Shown here in pieces: positions 12,681-25,620 of a stretch of DNA of 64,000 nucleotides. The position numbers were made by a program, and so were the translations under genes. This stretch comes from Balanoglossus misakiensis. Its lineage: Eukaryota > Animalia > Hemichordata. The stretch's first letter is position 1. Each line of letters opens with the position of its first letter. The DNA lies in NCBI GenBank assembly GCA_040954595.2, contig CM082598.2, positions 6,897,097 to 6,961,096 on the forward strand. The letters run 5' to 3'. The notes beneath the pieces are model-generated. The model was not told where the DNA came from and did not search any database. It worked only from the letters and a program-made list of their open reading frames with translations.

Positions 12681-14754
12681 CTATTCTTCACAAATCCAGT
12701 AGTTCTCCGAAGATTTAGAAGATGTACAATCTTCAACTTTCATTCTCTTTTTATTGTCGATTTTTATCAGCTTTACGCAGCCAACCCCGTCTTCCGGCGG
12801 GTCTCCGATAGCCCATTTCTTGTAGCCACCTGTACCACCGTCAAGCCATGCATATTGACGCTGTTTTCACACAGACAAAAATAAAACAAGGCGAAGTTTC
12901 AGTGAATCTCCAAAAAATATTTCCATATTTTTGTATGTGTGTAATGTGCGCTGGTAGTGGCATATATTCATTTATCGACAAAATAGTGGTTCCATATATT
13001 GTGTGTTATATACAGAATATCTAATCCGCTTCAAGACATAGAAAAACTGTATTCGGCTCTCGTAACAAATATTCCGAAAGAAATCATTGGAAATAAACAG
13101 TATAAAAAGGTTTCTGAGACAGGAAAGGGTGCATGGGGAAGTTGTCATCACAATTTATAGACTGCCTATAGCCAGAAAAGAGAATGCTATACAGCGGATT
13201 GGGAGATCATCAACATGTACCATGTACACCAACAGATTTGTAAATTAAATTTGTTTCAAATGACTCCACCGAAATTCGCATGCACACTTGTGAAGCGACA
13301 ACAGGACGGTAAAAGTCTGTATTCTCATCACAAACAGACAGACGGACAGAGAAAAGGACAGACAAACAAACAAACAACACTGCGATCATACCTTTCCATC
13401 AATTGTAGCTGTCCTCAACCCTATCCAGTACGGGTACTGGTCATCTATGTTAGTAACTTCTTTCAAAATCTTGTTGAATTTGTCCTCGTCATCGAACTTG
13501 ACCAGACTACCGCCAATGCCCTGGCATTTATCTTTCGCGTCATGCCATTTATATTTCGATTTACCCGCACAGACTGTGTACGATCCCAGTTGAACGATTT
13601 TACGGCAGAGATTGTTTGCTGAAAAATAATCACACACTTCGGTTTATTTTCTGCATAAAAACATACATTCGGCATTGTTCAGGACGACCCTGCCGACCAA
13701 TACATGATATTTCAAAGTCAATTGAAAATATGATTGTTTACCATGAGGTACATTGAAACACAAAGTAACATGACAGACATGTACATTGTAGAAGATACAC
13801 TACAGTGTTATACAAAGTATCAACATCATTGTTTGCAGTGATGTTCACTGTAGCAGTTACACTTTTCGGCTTCTATGACTTGCTAGCAACTGTATCGTTT
13901 GGGACCAACACCAAGAGACGGAGGCAAATTTGGAGTCAAAGGAATATTTTTGAAGTCAAACCAGGTGTTCATCTTTAATTCTTGAAGATGGAAATATATA
14001 GGGATTCTTTGAATGCCAGGGTTATGTAGGAGGACACTTTTTTAGTCAAATGGACGTCGACACTTTTGAAGTCAACCCTGATGGAGACACTCGCCCTTTT
14101 ATAAGTGGCTTGGGAAAGATTTCAAGAGAGAGAGAGCAAACTAGTTCGCGACGGTGAGACTACACATACATGTACAGGGAATAAATCAGCTCTGCTGAAA
14201 AATACCACGAAGACGAGCGTTGCGATGTCGCTGTAGGAACATAAACAGAACAAGTCACAGTGACCCGGTTGACCCGGAAGTGTATCTCGGTCTATCCCAC
14301 AACTCAATGAGACTTTCCAAGATGGCGGAAAAACAATGTTAGCCTCTATACAACTAGGTGCTATGTGCTAGATAGACAAGACTAGTACCTACGTAAACAT
14401 TTTGGGGTCGGTTCCCAATGTCCTTTATTACAGGTTATAGTCTTATGTTCCGGGTCGTGAAAGCCGATAGTGCATTGAACGGTTGCCTCCTCGCCGTGAC
14501 GCGTGATAGCCTCTCCAATTAACTCCGTACCGTCATTTAAATCCGGAAGCAAACATGTCGATTCTTTGGATTAAAATAATTATATCCATTAAAATTTCTC
14601 AATTAAATATAATATGGACTCAATATATAGCATAGCCAGTCTGAAAACACTGCGCACGTGCACACACAACAGTGAAATAACATACATACATACATACATA
14701 CATACATACATACATACATACATACATACATACATACATACATACAGACATACA

Positions 14755-14799
<45 letters not shown>

Positions 14800-17700
14800 A
14801 TACATATATTACCTTTGCAAACAGGCAGTGGATTTGACCATTCACCTTCAATGCACATGCTTGATTGTTTTCCGTCCAAAGTGTAAAATATCTTGGCTGT
14901 TTCGTTCCACTCACACGTGAATGTCAGATAGCCAGTTCTTACAACAGTCACATGACCATTCTCTATCATTCCCGGATCTGAGCAGCCTGTGGAGCAAAAA
15001 ACACCAGTTGTCACTTCAACGTTTGAAAACCATGTATGGACAACTCGATTGACTCCTTGACTTGCGAATCAGATTTATGATAGTTCATATAAATTCCATG
15101 CCAAGATAAGGCTATGAAGTTGAACATAGATAAGGAGGCGAACTGGACACCATGGTCGATTCATAGAACATAAATTAGGAGAAAAGGATAGTCTACAGTT
15201 ACAGACGATCTACTTACTGCAATGCACAAGCGATTTCCTACATGGCCTTTCTTCTCGATCAACGCCTGCGCAGTCTGCACCTCCGTCTGCAGGTGGTGGA
15301 GTGTCACACTTTCTGGTGCGCGTGCGCACATTCCACCCACAACTGTCTGGACAGGATCCCCACGGAGACCACTTGCCCCATGCACCATCGCCTGGAAGAA
15401 GTGAAACACGAGCGATGGTTAAATAATACTTTTTATATCTTGATAATTCGTTAAAAATTCACGTGACGATAATCATACAAACTGCTGTCTTGCTAGTCTT
15501 TCAACACTCCCTTAGTTGTGACAAGGCCATCTCATCACTACATGTATAGGCCTACATTCTATCTGCTCACATTTCAACACTCAGGCACATTTGTTACTCA
15601 CCAGAATTGCACCCCACCGCATCTGGACGACGAGCACAGATATCTGTACCAGCCTGAGCTTCCTGCTTGATAGCCTCGATAATCTTGTTCGCTGCGGCCC
15701 CACTTACTGTCGATTGGCAAGAGGGAAAATGTGTCAATAAAGCATCTCAAAAAGGACAATCGCAATTAACAATATAGCTGTGAACAGCAATAAGCGGGTT
15801 TCGAGACACTACTAGCCCTATTGGTTCGTCTGGAGATAGATTTGTGCATATTTAATTACTGCATTAGTTGTTCTATCACTCCAAATGCCAAGGGTGTATG
15901 TGCTGTGGATGCTGAGATGTGGAAAAGTAGGTCAAAGGTCACGTGAGGTCACGCTTAATATGAGCAGAAAATGTTTACGCTATACTGGTCCATGTCAAAC
16001 AAAAACCAGACCTGTAGCCCTACTGGTTTGCCTGGAATTAGGTATGCACATAATTAATGAGTTAGGCAGGTGTCACAGGTGACTCTAAAATTTGGCTTCT
16101 TATTTTGGTCCCGTCCACCCAAACACCTAAGCTGTACCTGCTCTGGATGCCGAGATATGTGAAAGTAGGTCAAAGGTCACCCAAGGACATCCAAAGTTTG
16201 GGAAAAAAAATTGTCCCCATACTGGTCCATGTCCGACAAAAACCAGACCTGTAGCCCTATTGGTTTGCCTGGAATTAGGTATGCACATAGTTAATGAGTT
16301 AAGCAGGTGTCACAGGTGAGCCTTAAATTTGGCTTCTTATTTTGGTCCCGTCCACCCAAACACCTAAGCTGTACCTGCTCTGGATGCCGAGATATGTGAA
16401 AGTAGGTCAAAGGTCACCCAAGGACATCCAAAGTTTGGGAAAAAAATTGTCCCCATACTGGTCCATGTCCGACAAAAACCAGACCTGTAGCCCTATTGGT
16501 TTGCCTGGAATTAGGTATGCACATAGTTAATGAGTTAAGCAGGTGTCACAGGTGAGCCTTAAATTTGGCTTCTTATTTTGGTCCCATCCACCCAAACACC
16601 TAAGCTGTACCTGCTCTGGATGCTGAGGTATGCAAAAGTAGGTCAAAGGTCACCCAAGGTCACCCAAAATTTGGGGGGAAAATTTGACCCCATACTGGTC
16701 CATGTCCGACAAAAACCAGACCTGTAGCCCTATTGGTTTGCCCTGAATTAGGTATGTACATAGTTAATGAGTTAAGCAGGTGTCACAGGTGAGCCTTAAA
16801 TTTGGCTTCTTATTTTGGTCCCATCCACCCAAACACCTAAGCTGTATCTGCTCTGGATGCTGAGATATGCGAAAGTAGGTCAAAGGTCACCCAAGGTCAC
16901 CCAAAATGTGGGGAAAAAATTTGACCCCATACTGGTCCATGTCCGACAAAAACCAGACCTGTAGCCCTATTAGTTTGCCTGGAATTAGGTATGCACATAG
17001 TTAATGAGTTGAGCAGGTGTCACAGGTGAGCCTTAAATTTGGCTTCTTATTTTGGTCCCATCCACCCAAACACCTGAGCTGTACCTGCTCTGGATGCTGA
17101 GATATGCGAAAGTAGGTCAAAGGTCACCCAAGGTCACCCAAAATTTGGGGAAAAAATTTGACCCCATACTGGTCCATGTCCGACAAAAACCAGACCTGTA
17201 GCCCTATTGGTTTGCCTGGAATTAGGTATGCACATAATTAATGAGTTGAGCAGGTGTCACAGGTGAGCCTTAAATTTGGCTTCTTATTTTGGTCCTATGC
17301 TGCAGACTATTGCACCGACCAGAATTCTACAAAACTATGTGGCCATAGCTTAAGTATAGCGGAATAAGTATAGGTATAGATTTCATAAAAAAATTAATAT
17401 AAAAAATCGGTCGATTTTCCATATTATTTTTTCCAGTTGGAACTGATTGTCGGAAGGTAGGCTAGCTGCACACAAAATTTGAAGCTGATCAGCCCAGCGG
17501 ATGTTGAGATATTGGGCATAAATCTAAAATCCTAGGGGGCCATTGCTTAACCATGGAAAGTATAGGCCAATGGCTGGGTCCAATGGTCATGGAAAATATG
17601 AAAAATAATGCTTTAAAAATCATCTCCTCAAAATCGGCAAGGACTTAGACATTGAAATTTGGCATATAGGACCCTGGCCATATGGTCCACAAAGTTTCTG

Positions 17701-17902
17701 AACAGAATTTGGATTCTTCATTTTTTATGCAAATTAGACCAATTTAAAAGTTTAAATCCAAGATGGCTGCCAGGTCATGTGACCTGTTGCCATAGTGACA
17801 TGATCAAAAAATTACTTGCTTTGAGTTTTACCTATGAGCCAAATTTCAAGTCATTGGGTGCAACGGTCTTCGAATAGCGGCTGTTTTTAAAAGTGGGAAG
17901 AA

Positions 17903-17939
<37 letters not shown>

Positions 17940-20457
17940 CAACACGATTTCAAGAGGGTTTCGAGACCCCTCTGGTCTCGAAACCCTAAATATTTGGTAA
18001 CTTAAGCGTTTTCCACATCACTTAGACCCAAGCTAAAGACCTAAAGAATCACCTCCAATTTACATATACCCATATATGAATGAATGTTTGTGGTTAAGTC
18101 CTCAACTGACCATATGGCGACGCACTTTTCTGGCCCTCACTACCATAAACGACGTTGAATTTATTGTGATCAGTATTTACCTTCACAAATATGCACAAAA
18201 CAAAAACGGTACTATCACATTAAAATGATGTATACAATGTACCAAGGTTCTGCCCAGCCTTGCATCACTGAGAGCTGGTCGGATAATTAATATTCATGAG
18301 CTAATTAATATTCATCAGAAATACTATAGGGGCCGGACATAAAATTAAAAGACTCACCGAGGGCGCTGCGAGTATCACAAGGCACAGTTTCATTGTCATG
18401 TCCCGTACACCCAATATCAACATTGGGAGTTCCGCCGAAGAGGCACTCGCGAGTTCTATTGCGGCGACCGACCAATCCGCCTCCTGGCACTGGTTCACAT
18501 GGAGCCAGACTCCACATTGACCAAACTAGAACAAATAATAACAAGTAGTATGCTTGATCAGTTTAACATTGAACACAATTATCACTGAGAAAATTTGCAA
18601 AAGACAGCTACGTTTGCAATCAAGTGTGTTGTACGAGGACGGTAGGGCAATTCTCTCTACCTTAAATGGGGTTTTGCTACCTGACTCACCCGGACAAATA
18701 TGCATGTGACACTTCTGGTAGTCTGTATGACGACCCGCACAGGAGTTTCCGCCATCTCCGGGGACCGGGCTGTTGCACTCTCGTGTACGGGTTTGATATC
18801 CGGCGTTACACGACGCCGTACAGTCGGACCAGGAGCTCCAATCGCCCCAGCCGCCGTCAGTCACTGGAGCACAATGAAAGAAAGAAAAAACATAAGCGAG
18901 AAACTTCTCATTTCGCACATGACTTAACATTCTTTATTCGCCGCTGCTCCATCTGAAGCCTTGAGTTGTTCAACATCTCTCGGAATATCAATCAACTTCT
19001 CATTAAATCCTAAATCGCCAAGGAAACTCCATTGAACAGTTTTAATTGCATAGTTGTTTACATTGTTTCAAAAGGGGCGATCACAGTAGCGAACTCATTA
19101 ACTAAGTAGTCTTTGCATTTCTCATTGTTCATAATTTGCATATAATTAAATGCTATGTTAATGAGTTCTTGTGTTTCCCAAACTTTTAAACGCGGAGCAA
19201 TTTCCTTATTAATACTCAGCTGAGAGGAATGTTTTTCTCTATAAGAGAGTAATTTACAGCCACATTTCCAATATTTGTCGATCATTTCGCATGACGCGCC
19301 GTGTCTTGATCCGATCGAGCAAAATTCGACAAAATGTAAATGTACAGACTGACTGCTACTTTCTATCTACTTTCTGGGGACATTGCAGGGTTGTTCTGTA
19401 TTAAGTTTACTGGATTTTTTTTCTGTTGTGTCTCTTTTTATGGAGTTGTTTCTGTTTTTGTATGTTTTTTACAGTATGGGCATACAGCCTGAATTAAAGA
19501 ATAAATAAAATAAATAAAGTATTAATGTTTTGGACTTGGGTCGCACCCCCCCCCCCGTACGAGAACCATGGGAGTACCCTCCCCCCGGGGGTTACACACA
19601 GGCAGAGTCACAGCAATGAACCGCCGTCCACAAGACTGACCATATACCCGGTAAACGTACCTGGTATGTTGCAAGTTGGTCCAATAAAGCGACTCCCCTC
19701 CCTGCAGATACAGGAAAAAGTATCGCCGGTAGGGTTTTCTAGGCACCGTCCTCCGTTCAAACAAGGTTGACTGGCGCACGGTCTTGCTCTAGCCTGAAAG
19801 ACATTATTCCGTCTGACTAAGTATACTCACCCACATATACTACACATCAGATTGGCGAAATTTCAATGCAATAGCCACAGAATGATAATATTCAACATAT
19901 AGGAACTACTCGTTGACAAAATCCGAGAAAAGAAACTTAATTTTGGGATCTATATGAAAAATTCGACTACTGACTAGCAGGGTGTCTTTCACCGTAGTGG
20001 CGATTGTTCAAGCAAGATGAACTTCTCATAAGCAAGAACCAACAAGAAAATGTGAAATATCATTTAAAGCCACATGTGGTTAGTGTTTTCTTACCTCGAT
20101 GACTGTGTACTGATCATTTCGACCGTATTCCCAACCTGGACGGTGCTGCAGGGAGTCATAATTCGGCGCCTCGGTCGGACAGATCTCGCAGATTCTCTGA
20201 AAGGCTTGATAGTTGAACGACTTGCACTTCTCGCCCCGCCGGTAGCACGTGTTGGCGCACAGAAACACGTAGAGGGTGTCCATGTGCATCGTCGGATTCG
20301 GGCACGAGAACGACATGTGCGGGGTTGGGATTTCGCTCTGGACAAGGTACGCCTGCGCCCCCTCGTCGAACTGGTCCCCGCTGTTGGGCGACGCTGCGAC
20401 AGAACCCAGCGCAAAGGTGGAAACTTGGGCCAGCAGAACCAACGCTTGCAAACTCAT
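12681..20457 (-). CDS. Copy B: intact 10-exon secreted multidomain protein, SP-PAN/apple-EGF-TSP1-TSP1(divergent)-linker-TSP1-CCP-CCP-C-type lectin, 622 aa
   Basis: Exons 20457-20095 (MSLQALVLLAQV..., CANTC...CKSFNY...ICEI), 19793-19661 (PCASQPCLNGGRC...FSCIC), 18863-18690 (DGGWGDWSSWSDCTASC...TRTREC), 18525-18358, 15706-15602, 15391-15218 (DGAWGKWSPWGSC), 14986-14813 (CSDPG...ENG...GEWSNPLPVC), 14563-14393, 13618-13392 (KWHDAKDKC...YWIGL), 12860-12681 (AWLDG...KW...C...YWICEE*). Exon lengths sum to 1869 nt with consistent phases and canonical GT-AG. Confidence 0.9.
15766..17990 (-). mobile_element. Full-length non-autonomous Helentron/HINE (DINE-1/pearl-like) element, family 1
   Basis: Absent from copy A (empty site CGCAA|TATTTGG at ~6566); no clear TSD, A/T-rich site. 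5' palindrome AGGGTTTCGAGACC-N5-GGTCTCGAAACCCT (17955-17987), (ATT)n microsatellite (~17903-17935), central tandem array, 3' subTIR GGGTTTCGAGAC (15796-15807) and stem-loop GCTGT-GA-ACAGC (15777-15788). Confidence 0.88.
15880..17297. repeat. ~237-bp tandem array, ~6 units, inside HINE family 1
   Basis: AGGTCAAAGGTCA recurs at ~15929, 16166, 16403, 16640, 16877, 17114. Confidence 0.95.
19345..19518 (+). mobile_element. 5'-truncated non-LTR retroelement 3' end with (AATAA)n tail
   Basis: Absent from copy A (~8180); ends CTGAATTAAAGAATAAATAAAATAAATAAA; short GTA duplication at the junctions. Confidence 0.65.
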
Positions 20458-21379
20458 GGTTAAGCGCTGGCGGGCGTTGGCTAATGTGTTAAAACTTGTC
20501 AAAGCCCCAGAGTTTTACTCCTGCGTGTTTCGGGGTAATTACCTACTCGATAACCATAAGCTCAATGAGCATAGGCGTATTTACTCATCAACCTATGAAA
20601 TTAAAAGTAATTTAGATGTTTAGTTAGGCCTACCCAGTGTGACCGGAACAGCCCACGATATTTGCATCAATGCTGTCCTCATGCGAAACGCAAAGGGAAG
20701 TGTTCCACTGCGTTGAACTCAGGTTAATAAAACGAAAAAAACGTGTCAGGATTCACGTCTTCCTCGAGTCAAAGTGAATAAAGACTTATAATATGCGCGA
20801 CTCTGTAACATTCACAGACAACTGTCACTACTTATTACGTCTAAACAAGTCATATGTGCATTCATACTCGGGGGGGGGGGGTATTCGGGTCAGATAATCA
20901 TTACCCCATGAAATGTTTTCAAATACACTGATGCTTTTAAATTATTTTGCAGTGTACGGTACAGACAGGTAACATGTTTCTGTTGCCGCGGTAACCATTG
21001 GAATTAATTCCACTATTAATGGCCTTACAATTACCAAGGGCGTGTCCCGCAATAAAGTTTGCTCGTGTTTTATTAATCAACACAATTTAATTTTCGTTAT
21101 GTTTACCAAGCAGCTTCATCCGGTGCCGGTAAAAAGCAATTAATCATTAATTTTTTTTATATTTTGTCCGCAAATTAGAACAAAATTTCACTAAGACAAT
21201 AATAGGTATCACGGACGACAGTATACGATGTAATGTAAACATGGCTCTCATTGGTCAATAGATACGAGCATTGTGATTGGACGAAAGCTCTTTCCAATAT
21301 TACAACCCTGAAGCCTGTGTTTGTTTGCCCGCCTGCCTGCCTGCCTGCCTCCCTCTCTGACTTTCCAGCAATTTCAGAG

Positions 21380-21881
21380 TATCTATCTGCCTTATATCCC
21401 GCCCACCTTTGGCCTTGCTCTCTTCGATTCAGTGCAGAATTCACCTGAACCGAAAACCAACTCTACTTAATGTACGCGCAGAACATAAACCGGAAACTGC
21501 GCGCACCCGTCTTTTCCCCATAGGATTACATTGAAAATCGCCAGAAAACAAACTTCTACTATTGTCATTTTCACGAAATTTTACACATAGCTCAGTCTAG
21601 CAAATATAAATTCATTGGTCAAATAAAATATAGGGGTCACTGCGCTCTATTTTGAGATAAATTGCGTTAAAAATTCTGCCCATAGACAAACCATTGGTGA
21701 AAAATGCTGAGTCAGCAGTTTTCTTCTATTATCGACTAAATTCATGGCTCTGTATTTCATAAACAAGCGCGGTGACCCCTATATTTTATTACGGTTTTTC
21801 ATTATACATACAAAGGAGAATCCAAAAATCTACAATTAAAAAAATGACAATAGTTTCAATTTTACTGAACGTACATCCTTA
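21380..21881. mobile_element. Truncated Kolobok-like element end
   Basis: Lies in the copy-B-specific insertion; ends ...ACGTACATCC|TTAA. A related end (...GCGTACATCC|TTAA, sharing CGGTGACCC-TATATT) lies at ~27050-27282. Confidence 0.5.
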
Positions 21882-24161
21882 ACACTACATTGCCGGTCAC
21901 ATCAGCGTTATCTTTCACCAGGGAGGTAAACATATCATCTCTCTGTAACAAACCGACCACACTTCAATTACAGAAGGCACAGCCGGGGGAGATAGGTAAA
22001 CAATTTACACGCCGCGGGCCAAGCGATACACCCAGGTCTAATGTCACATTTTCCTTATTAAAAAGAATAATATAATTCATATCTGGTGATACCACATGTG
22101 GGATTTGGGTTCTTGTATATCGTCTGTTTTTAATTTTAAGAGGGCTAAGACTCCTTTCAAAGTAAATTTATAGTTTCAGCCATTTTGGCAATTTCAAAGT
22201 GTAGGGCAGGGTACACACATCTTCAAAGAGCTGGAATGTCTGATAGAGGTGTATTATCGATCACCAGTTTCACTTGTCAACTTCCATTGGTTAAACACAG
22301 AAGAAATCCGCCATCTTGAAATTCTGTCGATCACATGATTTTTTATCACTAACCTAGATAGCAAAAACTTATTTAATGTAGTGAGAATAGGCCGGTATTA
22401 GATTCAGGAGACAAAAAGTATCACTGATACCGACAATGGTAATAACTAAAGTCCAGAACAGACTGAGGAAATTGGGACTGTGAAACCGATGGTTTCATCC
22501 GCAATACAATCTTCATTCTCTGTCTCATAAAATATGCAAGTTGCTTAATTAAGATGGCGGTTTCGTGGGTAGTAAATTACCTAATGTTTTGTATCGACCG
22601 CAATGGAAGAAATCTAAAACAAAAAAAAACACAAAATAAGAAGAATACTTTCATGTCGATTGAGTTCGTGACTGTCGTAAAAGTGTCCCCTTGGGAATAT
22701 AGTAACTCTCGTCGATAACGTGGTTACGCTATACTATTTGAAACCGTTCCCGCGTGGCCCGTGAAAATATCATCGGCACCATAAAACAATATAGCGCCGC
22801 CGTGGCTATGTAAATGTATTGTAGAAAACCAGTAATAATTTATAAGACACTTTCTTGGGAATCGACGATGATTTTGATCGTGTGTACTGATTTATGCCTT
22901 TTCCTTAAAACACTGAATTGATATCTGTCGACAACTGAACGAGTGATGTCTTTGATCAATCAATGGTCAACGGGGTAGAAAAGTTTGAGGGTAGTAACGA
23001 TTGAAACCGTTACAAACATCGTCCTGTTGATAACCGGAAGGAACAATGTTATCTTTCTTTTGTTGTCTCATACAAAATGGCTACAAACATGTATCGCATG
23101 CAAAAATGGTTACAAAACATACAGGTGTGAAGAGTCTTAGAGCTTGTAGTCGACGGTAGCACGCAATGCAAACCCAAGCTGACACATAACATTTGGAGGC
23201 AGAGTTCGAAAAGGTAACTCAGTTTGATAGCAGAGCAAGTGTTCGGGCAGAAGAGACCATGGTTTTCGAGGAATGATTTGGACCTGGGGGGGGGGGGGGC
23301 AGTACACCTGCTGTAAATCTCTGAGATTATTATGACAAACAACGGACAAAATATTAGCTTACCTTCTCACAATCTTCAGACTTTTCTTTGTTCGGCCATA
23401 GGCTCATATATGAACGTGGTACTGACAACGGTCTACAGATGATTGAAACAAAGGGGTAAATGTGAGACTTTCAATGGATAAAGTCAGTTCACCAGCTTCA
23501 CACAACATCCACTAATTGGAACTCCTTTTTTGGTTGTCGAGTGTGGTCTATGTGAGAAGTTATTTTATTTGGAAACGCATTAACAGAGAAAAAAAACATG
23601 ACATACATCGCCCCAAACTTTTTTTGGCCACCTCTGGGTTGCACTTTGGGTGACAGAAATCGACTGATGGTTTCCAAAAATCCGCTTAATACCATGAGCG
23701 GTATGTAATGCAACGGTATTAGTCACCCCATTGCCCATCAGAGAAAAGGAACGTCTTTGGCAAAGTATTGCAAAGCCTTCAGTTGACCAAGAGAAAGTTG
23801 ACGAAGCATGCATATGTGGACAGTGGGTGTTGACAACAAAGTGACTATATATTGATGATAGCTTAATATTAATGCCAATCATACTTGCAAATTAATTGTC
23901 TGTGTGGATGACTGCTCCTGTATTTGTGTGCTTTTATATATAGCATATAATCATTGACAATAACAAAACGACAGTGTTTCATCAGGTGTTCTCGCAAATT
24001 TAAAAAAAATGTGAATTCCAAATGCATTTTTTATCTATTTGGTCTTAAATATATTCTGCTTCGTCATACAACATGTAATCGGGTATTAGTACGGTTCAAA
24101 GGATCCAAAAGGTTTCAAAAGTCGCACTCTGCCATATAACCGATAAAACGAATTGTGGTAA

Positions 24162-25299
24162 TAGTGGGGCAGTTAACCAAAAAATCGTGCACTTTGGGTT
24201 AAAAGCATGAAACTTGGTACAGTTATGCTTTGACTCATGGCGTCCATTTTCTGATATGGATCCAAAATGACAGCGCCCTCTAGTGGCCAGAAACAGACAT
24301 TCATACTTTAAAATCGTGCACTTCGGGTTAAAAGCATGAAATTTGGTACAATTATTCATTGACCCATGGCGGACATTTTCCAATATGGATCCCAAAATAC
24401 AGCGCCCCCTATCGGCCAGAAACTAACATTCACACTTTTTCCCCATTAATGGCACTTTTTGGTGAAGTTTAACACTCAGACACAGCAATGTGGGTTGCAA
24501 AACATGCTTGCTACCATACATTCCTCTGTATATTATCCTAATTCTGATCAATCTTGATGACATCTTCCTTCACAGTAACAAAGAGCACTGCTGTCAGACT
24601 AGACCCAAAGCACCTACAGAATCATGTGCATGACTTTTGCAACTAATTTCCTGAGGTTGACCATTTTCTTGGGTTTGACTAAGAGTTGTCCACTTTGATT
24701 TCCACTGGGATTCTGTTGGTTTGATATAGCTTTGCTAGGTTTCTCATAGCACATGTTCTTTAAAAGCTGCCTGTGTAGAAGGAAAATTCTCGAGAACCCT
24801 TGACTTTCTGGAGAAGATGTGTTGTCTTACCCCTTTGCATGACTTTGTGTATTCAACTGGTTCTGTTATACCGACGAACACATCGTTCAATTAGTAACAT
24901 ACAAGATTGATCTGATACATGTACATCAGGATTATGATAATATTCAAAGGAATGTATGGTAGCAAGCATGTTTTACAACCCACATTCCTGTGTCTGAGTG
25001 TTAAACTTGACCAAAAAGTGCCATTAATGGGGGGAAAAGTGTAAATGTCAGTTTCTGGCCACCATATTGGAAAATGTCTGCCATGGGTCAATGAATAATT
25101 GTACCAAATGTCATGCTTTTAACCGGAAGTGCACAATTTTAAAGTAGGAATGTATGTTTCTGGCCAATAGAGGGCGCTGTCATTGTGGATCCATATCAGT
25201 AAATGGCCGCCATGGGTCAATGCATAAGTGTACCAAGTTTCATGCTTTTAACCCAAAGTGCACAATTATGCCAAAATTTGGGGTTTAGCTCCTGCACTA
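24162..25299. mobile_element. Fold-back non-autonomous DNA transposon with ~390-bp TIRs (Academ-like TAG...CTA ends)
   Basis: ~24162-24550 is the imperfect reverse complement of ~24910-25299; each arm contains a ~120-bp sub-repeat. TSD is imperfect, so the superfamily is inferred only from the termini. Confidence 0.75.
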
Positions 25300-25620
25300 T
25301 ATTGATGTTTTTATTAGATATATTTTGGAAGAAGCATGCTTATTTAATCGTCGGAAACCCAGAATGTAGTACTGAATTTAAAGGAATACAATACTTCTAA
25401 TTTGTATATTCCCATATATAGACAAAGGGGTGTGTCCAAGTCTTTTATTGATGTTTTTATTAGATATATTTTGGAAGAAGCACGCTTGTTTAATCGTCGG
25501 AAACCAAGAATGTAGTACTGAATTTAAAGGAATACAATACTTCTAATTTGTATATTCCCATATATAGACAAAGGGGTGTGTCCAAGTCTTTAATTGATGT
25601 TGGCATTAGATATATCTTGG
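25299..25620 (+). repeat. Tandem duplication, 2 x ~147 bp plus a partial third unit
   Basis: ATTGATGTTTTTATTAGATATATTTTGG...GTGTCCAAGTCTTT repeated. Confidence 0.9.

Larger units (their letters stand above)
11839..23108. repeat. Segmental duplication, copy B (longer, with extra insertions)
   Basis: Collinear with 2199-10877. Extra segments at 15766-17990, 19345-19518, ~21367-22048, ~22096-22453, and a local duplication at ~12058-12420. Confidence 0.95.
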
